A DNA stretch of 58,855 bases from an uncultured Clostridia bacterium (GTDB lineage: Bacteria > Bacillota > Clostridia > Christensenellales > CAG-917), in the NCBI GenBank assembly GCA_947305865.1, contig CAMZEU010000003.1, positions 1 through 58,855 on the forward strand, written 5' to 3'. Shown here piece after piece: positions 28,961 through 38,927 of the stretch (within the stretch, counting starts at the first letter, position 1; each line of letters begins with the position of its first letter). Made by a program: the position numbers and the translations under genes. The notes under the pieces are model-generated. The model was not told where the DNA came from, did no database searches, and saw only the letters and a list, made by a program, of their open reading frames with translations.

Positions 28961-29944
28961 CTATCCTTCTATATTCCCCATCCCACTGGCAATTTCCATA
29001 ATCTTTCTTAATCTATGATTTAAGCAACTCTTGCTAACTCCAAGCATTTCTGCAAGCTCACTTAAAGATGCAGTTTGCGCAGACATTCTAGCTTGTGCTG
29101 TTTCATATAGCTCTGGAGTTAATGTTTCAAGACCAACTGTTTCTTCTATTATTCCAATTGCAACTAGTTGCTTAGAAGATGCAACAAAGGTCTTATCCAT
29201 ATTTGCTGCTTCGCATATTGATGTCCTGTTGATAATATTTGCTGTTTGCCTTTCATTTATAATTGATTTTAATTGTGCAACACCTTCTACAATTCCCATT
29301 ACTCCAAGCATTGCGAGAATTTCGTCTTTGTCTTTTAGGTAAATTAAGAAGTTTTGACTTCTCTCACTTTTCTTTGCATTTATACCAAACATGCCTATTA
29401 AAGTAATGATTGTGTCTGCATAATCCTCCGAATTGACTGAAATCTCAAAATGATATCCATCTTTCTTTTCATCCGAAGATTCTAAAGATGGGACAAAAAT
29501 ACTACCGCTAGCAACGAACAATCCCATTAAATATGCCTTGGCATTTTTTTGGTCTTTTACAGCAATTGTTGGAACCGAATCTGTTATTATTGCTGGAACT
29601 CCATCCTTTAAAATTAATAAACCTAAATCTACTAACACTTGTTGTGTATATGCCTTTGGAACAGATACAGTACAGAACTTACTTCCCGAACCTTTATTGG
29701 TTTTTGTTTTTGGAAGTAACATTTCAAACTCCGTTGGATAATCTATTTTTAACATATTAACTATGTTAAGAGCTATATCACTACTGCCTACGCTAAAGAC
29801 AAAGTTGAGTCTTCCTTCAGAATACTCTAAAGAACCTGTAACCTTACCAAGTGCAGATAAATAAGAAAATCGCTCCTCTTGTGTTGCAAAAGAGGTAGCA
29901 AGTATTTCATTTAAAATTGTCTCGTAAAATTTAGATTTTGCCAT
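28961..29944 (-). CDS. whiA: DNA-binding protein WhiA
   Basis: Degenerate LAGLIDADG-like middle domain (AYLMGLFVASGS) and C-terminal HTH LSELAEMLGVSKSCLNHRLRKI. Confidence 0.8.
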   Translation of the reverse strand: MAKSKFYETILNEILATSFATQEERFSYLSALGKVTGSLEYSEGRLNFVFSVGSSDIALNIVNMLKIDYPTEFEMLLPKTKTNKGSGSKFCTVSVPKAYTQQVLVDLGLLILKDGVPAIITDSVPTIAVKDQKNAKAYLMGLFVASGSIFVPSLESSDEKKDGYHFEISVNSEDYADTIITLIGMFGINAKKSERSQNFLIYLKDKDEILAMLGVMGIVEGVAQLKSIINERQTANIINRTSICEAANMDKTFVASSKQLVAIGIIEETVGLETLTPELYETAQARMSAQTASLSELAEMLGVSKSCLNHRLRKIMEIASGMGNIEG

Positions 29945-29947
29945 ATG

Positions 29948-30718
29948 TTATTTTTCTACTTTATAGTTAGATTTATCTTTGAATTTTGGCTCACAACCTA
30001 TTCCAGCAATTCTATCTGTTGGGATATTGTACTTTTCTATTAATGCTATTGTGTTTATAAACTTGCCTACTGTTCCTGTTGTATGAGCATCACTTCCGAC
30101 TATTAGTTTTACTCCGGATTCAATGATGTCTCCTATACAAGGTTCAATCTGCTTTATATGTTTTTCGTTGAGTTCAATATAAACATCCTTTTCTCTTGCC
30201 TTTTCGCAAATTGCTTTTATATCCACAAGAGCTCTGTGTTGAAGATGGACCAAAACATCTATTGGATACCTTTCCATTGCAGATAAGAATGCCCATGTGT
30301 TAATGGCTATCATCTTTTCTCTTGCTTTCTTTCCGGCAAAGCCATTAATTAAAAGATATTTCATATTCTTATCCCAGCAAGTTGCCTCTAAAAATCTATG
30401 GAATCCACATGCTAGCAAGTCTAGCTTTGGCATAATATCATCTGGAATATCCATGTCTCCATTTCTGTTTAAAAGATTCCCTTCAATTCCATGATAAATC
30501 TTGATATCCATATCATCTACATAATGCATCATACTGATTGCTTCTGTTTGTCTATCAAATTTATGGTGAGACATAGATGAAAGAAGTGTATTCCAAGAAT
30601 GATCTGTTACAGCGATTTCCTTTAATCCTGCACTAATTGCAGACTTGGTTTGGTCTACCAAGGAAGCCATTCCATCAGATGCTGTCGTATGAATATGATA
30701 GTCTCCAAAAATCTCCAT
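29948..30718 (-). CDS. PHP-domain phosphoesterase
   Basis: N-terminal GDYHIHTTASDG and downstream His/Asp motifs (VTDHS, GSDAH). RBS GGAGGG. Confidence 0.7.
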   Translation of the reverse strand: MEIFGDYHIHTTASDGMASLVDQTKSAISAGLKEIAVTDHSWNTLLSSMSHHKFDRQTEAISMMHYVDDMDIKIYHGIEGNLLNRNGDMDIPDDIMPKLDLLACGFHRFLEATCWDKNMKYLLINGFAGKKAREKMIAINTWAFLSAMERYPIDVLVHLQHRALVDIKAICEKAREKDVYIELNEKHIKQIEPCIGDIIESGVKLIVGSDAHTTGTVGKFINTIALIEKYNIPTDRIAGIGCEPKFKDKSNYKVEK

Positions 30719-30766
30719 AACTTTCCCTCCAAGTATCTTTTTTTTCTCAAAGATAACGTAATAATT

Positions 30767-30796
30767 ATATTACCACAAGAGGTGGTAATAATTCAA
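30767..30796 (-). promoter_or_regulatory. Possible sigma-70-type promoter
   Basis: Minus strand TTGAAT, 18 nt, TAATAT in the 102-nt gap after uvrC. Confidence 0.35.
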
Positions 30797-30820
30797 GGTT
30801 TTAACGAGTTGTTTTAAGGG

Positions 30821-32620
30821 TTATTTTTGGGACAAAAAATTTAATATATTTTTTGCAGTTTTCCTACTAATTCCAGCCTTAATTAGGTCTTCCTCGGTGG
30901 CATTTTTAACATTTTCTACACTGCCAAATTCTTTATATAAAACTTGTGCTGTCTTATCTCCAACGCCTTCAATTTCTTTAAATACACTCTCAGACATCCT
31001 CTTCCCATGTAAAGAACGATAAAATTCAATAGCAAATCTATGAGACTCATCTCTAAGTCTTTGCAATAATTGAAGTGCAATATTATCTAGTGGTAAAAGA
31101 ATTGGCTCTTCATCATTAAGCATATAGATTTCTTCATCTTTTTTAGTGAGACCAATCATTTCAATGTTTGCTCCAACTTCTTCCATTGCCTCTTGTGCAT
31201 ATTGGAGTTGTATTCTTCCGCCATCTAATAAAATTAGATCTGGTGTTGTTTTAAATGACTCATCTGTTTCAGCTGGGTCTAACATTCTCTTAAATCTTCT
31301 GGTTAATATCTCTTTCATAGATGCAAAATCATTATTGCCTTCAACTGTTTTTAGTCTAAATTTTCTATAATGAGATTTCTTTGGTTCTCCATATTCAAAG
31401 ACTACCATACTAGCAACCATATCTGTTCCAGATATGTGTGAGATATCATAACACTCAATTCTATTAGGTGTGTAGTTAAGATTATGTATTTTTTGTAGTT
31501 GTTGTACAGCACCATCTGTTCTTATCTTCTGTCTCTCTTCAATATTTCCATACTTATCTAGTGCTTCTTTTGCATTGGATGTAGCAAGATCTAAAAGTTG
31601 CTTTCTTATTCCTTTTTCTGGAATAGAAACATTTATCTTTCTTCCTGCAAGTTTGGAAATAGAACTTATTAACGTTTCCTTGTCTTCACACTCTTTCATA
31701 ACTATTTCATCACAGATAGGTTTGTTCTTTTCATAGAAGGCATAAACATATTGAGAAAGTGATTCAATAATTCCATCTGTTATAAAGTTATCACTACCAA
31801 CAAACTTACCTCCTCTAATAACCATAAGGTTAACTGAAGTCATTATGCCGTTGGACTCTTGTGCAAATATATCTATGTTGTAATCTTTTGGTATAGCACT
31901 AACTTGTTTTCTTATAAGCTTTTCAAGAACCTTGAGTTTATCTCTATATACCATAGCCACTTCATAGTTCTCTTCCTTAGAAAAAGCCTCCATCTTTTCT
32001 TTTAATAAAGCACCTACTTCTTTGTCATTGCCCTTTAAGAATGAAATGACCTTCTCTATTTCTTTTTTGTAGTCCTCTTCAGACACATCTCCCTTACATG
32101 GAGCAAGACATTTTCCAAGATGATAATTCAAGCAAGGTCTAGATGGTTTGTCCAAAGACCTAGAACAATCTCTTACTCTAAATGCAGTATGGATAAGTTC
32201 AAAGATATCTCTAATGTTTACACTAACCATATAAGGCCCAAAATACTTTGCACCATCATTCTTTAGTTTTCTGGTGAAAGAGATGGATGGATACTTCTCC
32301 TTCATATTAATCTTTATGTATGGGTAAGACTTGTCGTCTTTTAAGAGTATGTTGTAATGTGGCTTATATTCTTTAATTAAGTTGTTCTCAGCCACTAATG
32401 CGTCTACTTCGCTCTGGCAAATTATATACCTAAAATCTGCCACATGTTCAAGCATTGCCATAACCTTTTCAGGCTTGCTGGAATTGTTAAAATATTGTCT
32501 TAATCTGTTAACTAAAACTTTTGCTTTACCAACATAAATGACATTTGATTGTTCATCTAACATCATATAAACCCCTGGTTTTGCAGGAACATCATTTAAT
32601 TTGGCTTTTAAATCTACCAT
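30821..32620 (-). CDS. uvrC: Excinuclease ABC subunit C
   Basis: GIY-YIG N-terminus PGVYMMLDEQSNVIYVGKA, UVR domain, C-terminal (HhH)2 GVGDKTAQVLYKEFGS. Confidence 0.9.
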   Translation of the reverse strand: MVDLKAKLNDVPAKPGVYMMLDEQSNVIYVGKAKVLVNRLRQYFNNSSKPEKVMAMLEHVADFRYIICQSEVDALVAENNLIKEYKPHYNILLKDDKSYPYIKINMKEKYPSISFTRKLKNDGAKYFGPYMVSVNIRDIFELIHTAFRVRDCSRSLDKPSRPCLNYHLGKCLAPCKGDVSEEDYKKEIEKVISFLKGNDKEVGALLKEKMEAFSKEENYEVAMVYRDKLKVLEKLIRKQVSAIPKDYNIDIFAQESNGIMTSVNLMVIRGGKFVGSDNFITDGIIESLSQYVYAFYEKNKPICDEIVMKECEDKETLISSISKLAGRKINVSIPEKGIRKQLLDLATSNAKEALDKYGNIEERQKIRTDGAVQQLQKIHNLNYTPNRIECYDISHISGTDMVASMVVFEYGEPKKSHYRKFRLKTVEGNNDFASMKEILTRRFKRMLDPAETDESFKTTPDLILLDGGRIQLQYAQEAMEEVGANIEMIGLTKKDEEIYMLNDEEPILLPLDNIALQLLQRLRDESHRFAIEFYRSLHGKRMSESVFKEIEGVGDKTAQVLYKEFGSVENVKNATEEDLIKAGISRKTAKNILNFLSQK

Positions 32621-32623
32621 ATA

Positions 32624-33244
32624 TTATTCCTCCTCAAAAGGGTTTGTTTCTTCGTCTTTATTCTCTTCTGTTGGTTGCTCTTGTGGTTTACTATCTTTAT
32701 TTCTAATAACCTTACAGACCTTAGGTGCAAGATACCTATATATGAATATCATTGCCACATCCAAAGCGAGTAAAATTGGAACTCCTATTAGCTCTATTGC
32801 CCAGAATGGAATGGCTCCCATAATGTCTGGCGATATCATTAAAGTACCTGCGACATAATACATGAAGGCAATTGAACCTGCCATATATATGACCTTAATA
32901 GGATAGACAACATACCACTTTATTTTCTTTTCATATAGAATTATTCCAACTATGGTTATAGGTCCAAAGTAGAATATAAATCCCATTACAGACATAATAT
33001 CATAAGGCATTGCAAGGCATAATAAAGACGATACAATATATGCTGCTATAGGTGCAAAATAGTATTTCTTCTTAATAGGTAAGCATATTGCAAGCGCTGC
33101 TGCAAAGAAGAATCCAATACTTCCATATTTAACCAACATAGAAATAGCCAAGAATAAAAAAGCCAAAGCAGTCATTATACCTGCTAAGGCAACTTCATAT
33201 ACTCTTTGAGATCTCTTTCTATTATTGTCTGTTCTTCTCTTCAT
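32624..33244 (-). CDS. Polytopic membrane protein with acidic C-terminal tail, unknown function
   Basis: 206-aa ORF with about 6 hydrophobic helices. No obvious Shine-Dalgarno. It starts 6 nt after the upstream stop. Confidence 0.55.
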   Translation of the reverse strand: MKRRTDNNRKRSQRVYEVALAGIMTALAFLFLAISMLVKYGSIGFFFAAALAICLPIKKKYYFAPIAAYIVSSLLCLAMPYDIMSVMGFIFYFGPITIVGIILYEKKIKWYVVYPIKVIYMAGSIAFMYYVAGTLMISPDIMGAIPFWAIELIGVPILLALDVAMIFIYRYLAPKVCKVIRNKDSKPQEQPTEENKDEETNPFEEE

Positions 33245-33250
33245 TGTGAA

Positions 33251-33895
33251 TTAGCAACAACTTATTAAGTCACCACCCATACATTCACAACATGAATCTA
33301 AACACCATAATGTTGCACAAACCCTACAAATTGTACCACCAGCACTATCTCCTTCATCTTCTCTTCCATAACTACGAGATTGTTGGTTTGTATATGCATC
33401 ACTTTCATATGTTCTTTGTTGTGTGTTTTGAGGTTTTGGTGCATCTACTTTAGCACAAACTTGCTCATATACCTTACGGTATTTAGCATTGCTTGGCTCT
33501 ATCTCCATTGCAACTTCTAATTGTTTTTTGCACTCTTGATACCATCTTCTAGAATAATATACTCTTGCTTGGTAGAAATGCCAGTCTCCGTTTCTATATG
33601 ACATATTATCCAAGAATCTTTGTGCTCTATCTAAATCACCCATCTTAATTGCTTCAGCAATTAATTTGTAGTTATCTTGGTTATCTGCAATAGGATTATC
33701 ACTATCTTTAATCTCCATTGCTTTTTGATATGCATCTTCAAGGAGAGTTAATTCACGTGCAGCATCAGCTCCTTCCTCACCAGGAAGAAATCTCTTTTCT
33801 TGCAACTCTGCTCTTTTTGCTTTATAAGCTTCAAGAATCTCTTGTTGAGATGCATTTCTATCTACACCTATAATTACAAACGGGTCGTATGACAT
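33251..33895 (-). CDS. J-like domain (no HPD motif) + TPR-like region + Cys-rich C-terminal tail
   Basis: DPFVIIGVDRNASQQEILEAYKAKRAEL resembles J-domain helices I-II, but the HPD position reads QEK. The tail TICRVCATLWCLDSCCECMGGDLISCC has 8 Cys in 25 residues. RBS AGGAGAAG. Confidence 0.65.
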   Translation of the reverse strand: MSYDPFVIIGVDRNASQQEILEAYKAKRAELQEKRFLPGEEGADAARELTLLEDAYQKAMEIKDSDNPIADNQDNYKLIAEAIKMGDLDRAQRFLDNMSYRNGDWHFYQARVYYSRRWYQECKKQLEVAMEIEPSNAKYRKVYEQVCAKVDAPKPQNTQQRTYESDAYTNQQSRSYGREDEGDSAGGTICRVCATLWCLDSCCECMGGDLISCC

Positions 33896-34749
33896 TTATC
33901 TTCTCCTTTTAGTATCTTCTTCATTTGCATTGGGATTCCTTTATATATAATATTGGACAGAACTCCCTCTGCAACAACCACATTCATTCTATCATAAGCA
34001 TCTGCCATATCGTTGTATGTTGTATCTAGTGTAAAGAGTATGTCTTCCTTATTCTTCTCTATATACTCTACCTTATTCTTACAAGGTCCATACTTTGCGA
34101 TGAATGGGTTATATCTCTTCTTTTTTGTGTCTTCCTCCAAGTCATCTAGGGCATCCAAAATATATACTATTTTGCCTAAGCTATATGTAAATATTTCTTC
34201 ATCTTCGGTGATTGATCTGTATTTAGACATCATTTCTTTTGTGACATCTCTCATCAATACACCCATAGTATCTGCCACCATATCAATACTTGGTGTATTA
34301 TCTTTTTCCAGTTTAGCAAGTGCGCTGAAACATTCATTCATACACTTGTCTACATTTGGCATTCTCTTTTTGGCTGCTCTCTTTCTGCAAGCAAGTCTTG
34401 CCTTTACAAGTGCTCTTCTCTTCTTGCCATCTTGGACATCATCTTGTGCTTTATAATAAATCAATAAAACACTTAAATCTGCCACAGCCTTTGAAATCTC
34501 ATCCACCTTTGCAATTGGTTTTTTACCAATTGGATGTATAATGCAATGAGAATTCTTTACATCTATTTCTTTATTTGCAAGGCAATGTAGAAGTGCTGAA
34601 TAGAATGCTGAGTCATAGTTCACACAAAGCCTTGTTGCTGGAGAACCTGTCTTTCCTAGTGCCACACAGAGTCCACAATAGTATGCTCTAAAAGCCATGA
34701 AGTCTTTTACATACATATTTGCTTTATCTGGTATTACATATCCAAACAT
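33874..34749 (-). CDS. DUF5685-like protein
   Basis: N-terminus MFGYVIPDKANMYVKDFMAFRAYYCGLCVALGK matches my recollection of DUF5685. Overlaps the downstream gene by 22 nt. Confidence 0.6.
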   Translation of the reverse strand: MFGYVIPDKANMYVKDFMAFRAYYCGLCVALGKTGSPATRLCVNYDSAFYSALLHCLANKEIDVKNSHCIIHPIGKKPIAKVDEISKAVADLSVLLIYYKAQDDVQDGKKRRALVKARLACRKRAAKKRMPNVDKCMNECFSALAKLEKDNTPSIDMVADTMGVLMRDVTKEMMSKYRSITEDEEIFTYSLGKIVYILDALDDLEEDTKKKRYNPFIAKYGPCKNKVEYIEKNKEDILFTLDTTYNDMADAYDRMNVVVAEGVLSNIIYKGIPMQMKKILKGEDKCHTTRL

Positions 34750-34757
34750 GTTGCCCT

Positions 34758-35828
34758 TTAGAATTTTACAAGTCCTACTTTCTTTTGAACATTGTCTAAT
34801 GTCTTCTTAGCAATTCTTCTTGCTACTTTAGCACTTTCTTTAGCCAATGTTTCCAAATATGTTTCATCTGTTAAGAGTCTTTCAACTTCTTCTCTAATTG
34901 GCTTAAACTTAGCTGCTACAGCCTCACCAACTTGAACCTTGAAGTTGCCATATCCACTTCCTGCAAATTCCTTTTCTACGTCTTCAACAGTCTTTCCTGT
35001 AATACAGGAATAAATTGTTATAAGATTGCTAATACCAGGTTTATCTTCTCTCATCACGATTTCAGAACCACTATCTGTTACAGCTCTCTTGAACTTTTTA
35101 ACTATGTCTTGTTCGCTATCTATAATAGAGATAGTTGCATTTGGATTTGGATCTGATTTAGACATCTTTGCTGTTGGATCTTGAAGTGAATAAATTTTTG
35201 CTCCAGACTTTGCAATAATTGGTTCTGGAACTCTAAATATATCCCCATATATATGATTGAATCTAATTGCTAAATCTCTTGTAAGTTCGAGATGTTGTTT
35301 TTGGTCTACACCAACTGGAACTAAATCTGTTTGATATGCAAGAATATCACTAGCCATAAGAACAGGATAATCTAATAATCCCATATTAATGTTATCTTCA
35401 TGCTTTGCGCTCTTATCTTTGAATTGAGTCATTCTCTCTAACTCTCCAATGGCTGCATAACAATTTAAAATCCATTGTAATTCACTAACTTGTGGTACAT
35501 GAGATTGGAAGAATAATAATGTCTTGGATATTTTCTTTGAATCTGCCGTCTCTAATTCTTTTAATTGTGGAGTTATTCCGCATGCTAATAATTGAGCATA
35601 GAAACTCATGCTGGCTTTGTTTAATTCTTTTGGATCACGCCTTACTGTTAAAGAATGTAAATCTGCTATAAAGAATATAGAGTTAAAACTATCTTGATAT
35701 TTTAAACAGTTTTGTACAGTACCTAAATAATTACCTAGAGTAATTATACCTGTTGGTTGAAAGCCAGTTAGCAATGTTCTTTCTAATTTTTTCTTTGATT
35801 TTCCTTTTTTAACGTTGTTTTCTTCCAT
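34758..35828 (-). CDS. trpS: Tryptophan--tRNA ligase
   Basis: GFQPTGIITLGNYLG (HIGH region) and KMSKS motif. Confidence 0.9.
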   Translation of the reverse strand: MEENNVKKGKSKKKLERTLLTGFQPTGIITLGNYLGTVQNCLKYQDSFNSIFFIADLHSLTVRRDPKELNKASMSFYAQLLACGITPQLKELETADSKKISKTLLFFQSHVPQVSELQWILNCYAAIGELERMTQFKDKSAKHEDNINMGLLDYPVLMASDILAYQTDLVPVGVDQKQHLELTRDLAIRFNHIYGDIFRVPEPIIAKSGAKIYSLQDPTAKMSKSDPNPNATISIIDSEQDIVKKFKRAVTDSGSEIVMREDKPGISNLITIYSCITGKTVEDVEKEFAGSGYGNFKVQVGEAVAAKFKPIREEVERLLTDETYLETLAKESAKVARRIAKKTLDNVQKKVGLVKF

Positions 35829-35837
35829 AATATATCC

Positions 35838-37328
35838 TTATTCTTGCTCTTCACCTGTAACGAAGTTCATTACAGCCTTAAGTGTTTCTTGTTTTTCTAC
35901 TACTGTCTTATGACGAATCTTTTTATCTCTTAGATAATATAAACTCTCTGGACATGGTAAACCACTTTGGAATTGAATCTTAGACATACACTTGTAATTG
36001 TCCTTCTCCATTCCTCCCATTGCAGAGTATACATCTCTTGGGAACTTATATGGGCTTGCTGTTGAAAGCACTACAGTCTTAGTTTCATCTTCTGTTTCGT
36101 CATAGTATTCTGTGTATACACTTGCTGCGACACCAGTATGTGTGTCCATTACATATCCATAACTTTCAAAGAATTCACCAATTACTTGCTTTGTTTCATC
36201 TTCATCTGCCCATGCACTCTCAAAGATTCCAGATGATAAGTCTATCTTCTTTAAGTCTACATTAAATACACCATTCTCTTTTAGAGAAGCATATATTTCA
36301 CTAATCTTCTTTGAATCTCTTCCAAAGATATCGAATAAATATCTTTCTAGGTTGGAACTAATTAAAATATCCATACTTGGAGACATTGTCTTATAGAACT
36401 TTCTTTGGACATTGTATTCTCCTGTGTGGAAGAAATCTGTTAGGATGTTATTTTGATTAGATGCAATGATGAGTTTGTTTACTGGTAAGCCCATCTTATA
36501 TGCATAATATCCAGCCAAGATATCTCCAAAGTTTCCTGTTGGAACGACAAAGTTGACCTTATCTCCAAGCTCTATTTGACCTGTAGAGACCATATCGGTA
36601 TAAGCTGAGAAATAATATACAACTTGTGGCAAAAGTCTTCCTAGATTGATTGAGTTAGCCGAAGACATTGTTATGTTTAGCTTTGCTAAAGTATCTATTG
36701 CAGTCTTGTCATTGAATATTGCCTTAACTGCTGTTTGTGCATCATCGAAGTTTCCTTTAATACCTGCTACATGAACATTATTGCCCTCTTGGGTAATCAT
36801 TTGGAGTTTTTGCATTTCTGAAACGCCTTCAGATGGATAGAAAACAATGATTTCAGTTCCTTCTACATCTTGGAATCCAGATAATGCTGCTTTGCCAGTA
36901 TCTCCAGATGTTGCAACAAGTATTAATGTCTTGTCATCTCTACCTATCTTCTTTTTAGAAGCAACTAGTAAATATGGCATTAAAGTTAAAGCCATATCTT
37001 TAAACGCACAGGTTGGACCATGCCATAATTCCATAAAGAAGAGTGTGTCATCTATCTTTACAACTGGGCAAGGATCTCCATCAAATCTAGAATAAGCCTT
37101 CCTTGCATAATCTAATAATTCTTCTTTATCAAACTCATCCATATAAAGCTTTAGCACTTCTGCTGCTCTTGATGGATAATCTAAATCCGCAAGAACATTG
37201 ATAAAGTCTAATCCAACTTGTGGATACTCTATAGGAACAATAAGACCACCGTCTTCTGATATACCTTTGACGATGGCTTCACTTGCTGTGAATATTTTTT
37301 TGCTGTCTCTTGTACTTGTGTACTTCAT
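35838..37328 (-). CDS. thrC: Threonine synthase (long form)
   Basis: PLP-lysine motif CAFKDMAL, 496 aa. N-terminal MKYTSTRD is typical of this family. Confidence 0.88.
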   Translation of the reverse strand: MKYTSTRDSKKIFTASEAIVKGISEDGGLIVPIEYPQVGLDFINVLADLDYPSRAAEVLKLYMDEFDKEELLDYARKAYSRFDGDPCPVVKIDDTLFFMELWHGPTCAFKDMALTLMPYLLVASKKKIGRDDKTLILVATSGDTGKAALSGFQDVEGTEIIVFYPSEGVSEMQKLQMITQEGNNVHVAGIKGNFDDAQTAVKAIFNDKTAIDTLAKLNITMSSANSINLGRLLPQVVYYFSAYTDMVSTGQIELGDKVNFVVPTGNFGDILAGYYAYKMGLPVNKLIIASNQNNILTDFFHTGEYNVQRKFYKTMSPSMDILISSNLERYLFDIFGRDSKKISEIYASLKENGVFNVDLKKIDLSSGIFESAWADEDETKQVIGEFFESYGYVMDTHTGVAASVYTEYYDETEDETKTVVLSTASPYKFPRDVYSAMGGMEKDNYKCMSKIQFQSGLPCPESLYYLRDKKIRHKTVVEKQETLKAVMNFVTGEEQE

Positions 37329-37329
37329 A

Positions 37330-37752
37330 TTATATGTATCTCTTTAACTCCTCTGGGAAGTCTTCTGGTTCTGCAGAGACTGTAAGTACGAACTTAACTT
37401 GTGTCTTTTCTGCAATCTTAGTTAATGCTGCATAGAATGGCCCCATCTCTGGAACTTTCTTCTTGAATATACGATGTGCACCATCTATATAAAGGGTTTC
37501 AATATCATAGTTTGCAGATAAGATTCCCTTAATGAATGCAACAAATTCGGATATTTCTATTGCTCTATCTTCATCATCCTTAAGAACGGATGCATTGATT
37601 ATTCTGATTTGATAACGGAGTTGATGTATGAGTTCGTCTGTGTCTGTGATAAAAACTATATCGCCTTTTGCTGTCTCAACATTGTCATTAGCCTTGTCAA
37701 TAATTATCTTTGTCTTTCCAGTACCTTTTGATCCATAAATCAATTCTATCAT
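37330..37752 (-). CDS. Small stand-alone P-loop NTPase, unknown function
   Basis: Walker A GSKGTGKT. Walker-B-like TLYIDGAH. RBS GGAGGG. Confidence 0.6.
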   Translation of the reverse strand: MIELIYGSKGTGKTKIIIDKANDNVETAKGDIVFITDTDELIHQLRYQIRIINASVLKDDEDRAIEISEFVAFIKGILSANYDIETLYIDGAHRIFKKKVPEMGPFYAALTKIAEKTQVKFVLTVSAEPEDFPEELKRYI

Positions 37753-37800
37753 GTTTTCCCTCCGTGTAGATGTATTTACAATCTACTTCTTTTTTTCTTT

Positions 37801-37829
37801 ATTTTATAAGAAAAAAGTGTTCTTTTCAA
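37801..37829 (-). promoter_or_regulatory. Sigma-70-type internal promoter
   Basis: Minus strand TTGAAA, 17 nt, TAAAAT in the 86-nt gap after prfA. Confidence 0.5.
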
Positions 37830-37838
37830 TACCGAAAA

Positions 37839-38927
37839 TTATTCGTCAATATTTTCAAGCAATTTATTTTGTAATGCTATTTGTAATCCTTGAATCATTT
37901 CATCAAGTTCGCCAAGCATAAATCTATCCAAAGTATAAAGTGTTAAACCTATTCTGTGGTCTGTTACTCTGCCTTGTGGGAAATTGTAAGTTCTAATTCT
38001 TTCGCTTCTATCTCCACTACCAATTTGGTTTCTTCTATTCTCGGCATATTCTTTGTCGTTTTGAGTTTGAATCATATCATAAACTCTAGACCTTAAAATA
38101 GACCATGCCTTTTCTCTATTCTTCATTTGGCTTCTTTCATCTTGGCATTCAACAACTATTCCTGTAGGAATATGTGTCATACGAATAGCAGATTCTGTCT
38201 TATTAACGTGTTGTCCACCTGCTCCAGAGCTTCTATATGTATCTATCTTTACATCCTCAGGCTTAATATCTATTTGAATTTCTTCAACTTCTGGAAGAAC
38301 TGCAACTGTTGCTGCTGATGTATGAATTCTACCTTGAGACTCTGTTTCTGGAACTCTTTGTACTCTATGTACACCACTTTCAAACTTAAGTTTTCCGTAT
38401 GCTCCATGTCCAGAAATTGTATAAACAGCTTCTTTAATTCCACCTAATTCTGTCATATTGGAAGATACTTCTTCCATCTTCCAACGATTCTTATCAGAAT
38501 AATGCTTGTACATATTCATGAGCTCTGTTGCAAATAATGCGGCTTCTTCTCCACCAACACCTGCTCTAAACTCAATAATAACGTTGCTGTTTTCATTAGG
38601 ATCTTTTGGTATTAAAGCAATACGAATTTCCTCTATATCCTTGTCCATTTCCTCTAAGAGAGAATCTATTTCTTCGCTAATCATTTCCTTCATATCTGGA
38701 TCTGTTTCGCTGGATTGTTGTTTAATGCAATCATCATAATTTCTCTTATGTTCAAGGTATTTGTCGTAAACTTCAACAATAGGAGTTAATTCGCTTAATT
38801 CCTTTGAGTATTGTTTAAACAACTCTTGGTTAGATACCACTTCACCCTTGCTGAGTTCTTCACCAAGTTCTATGGACCTTTCCTTCGTCTTTTGAAGTCT
38901 TGCTAATAATTTGTCACTAATTTTCAT
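37839..38927 (-). CDS. prfA: Peptide chain release factor 1
   Basis: PET tripeptide ([10 protein letters not shown]) and GGQ motif ([16 protein letters not shown]). Confidence 0.92.
   Translation of the reverse strand: MKISDKLLARLQKTKERSIELGEELSKGEVVSNQELFKQYSKELSELTPIVEVYDKYLEHKRNYDDCIKQQSSETDPDMKEMISEEIDSLLEEMDKDIEEIRIALIPKDPNENSNVIIEFRAGVGGEEAALFATELMNMYKHYSDKNRWKMEEVSSNMTELGGIKEAVYTISGHGAYGKLKFESGVHRVQRVPETESQGRIHTSAATVAVLPEVEEIQIDIKPEDVKIDTYRSSGAGGQHVNKTESAIRMTHIPTGIVVECQDERSQMKNREKAWSILRSRVYDMIQTQNDKEYAENRRNQIGSGDRSERIRTYNFPQGRVTDHRIGLTLYTLDRFMLGELDEMIQGLQIALQNKLLENIDE

Noticed and set aside
34750-37329. T-box leaders upstream of trpS or thrC, common in Firmicutes.
   Set aside because: The intergenic gaps are 1-9 nt, so no space exists. 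These genes are transcribed from upstream promoters.
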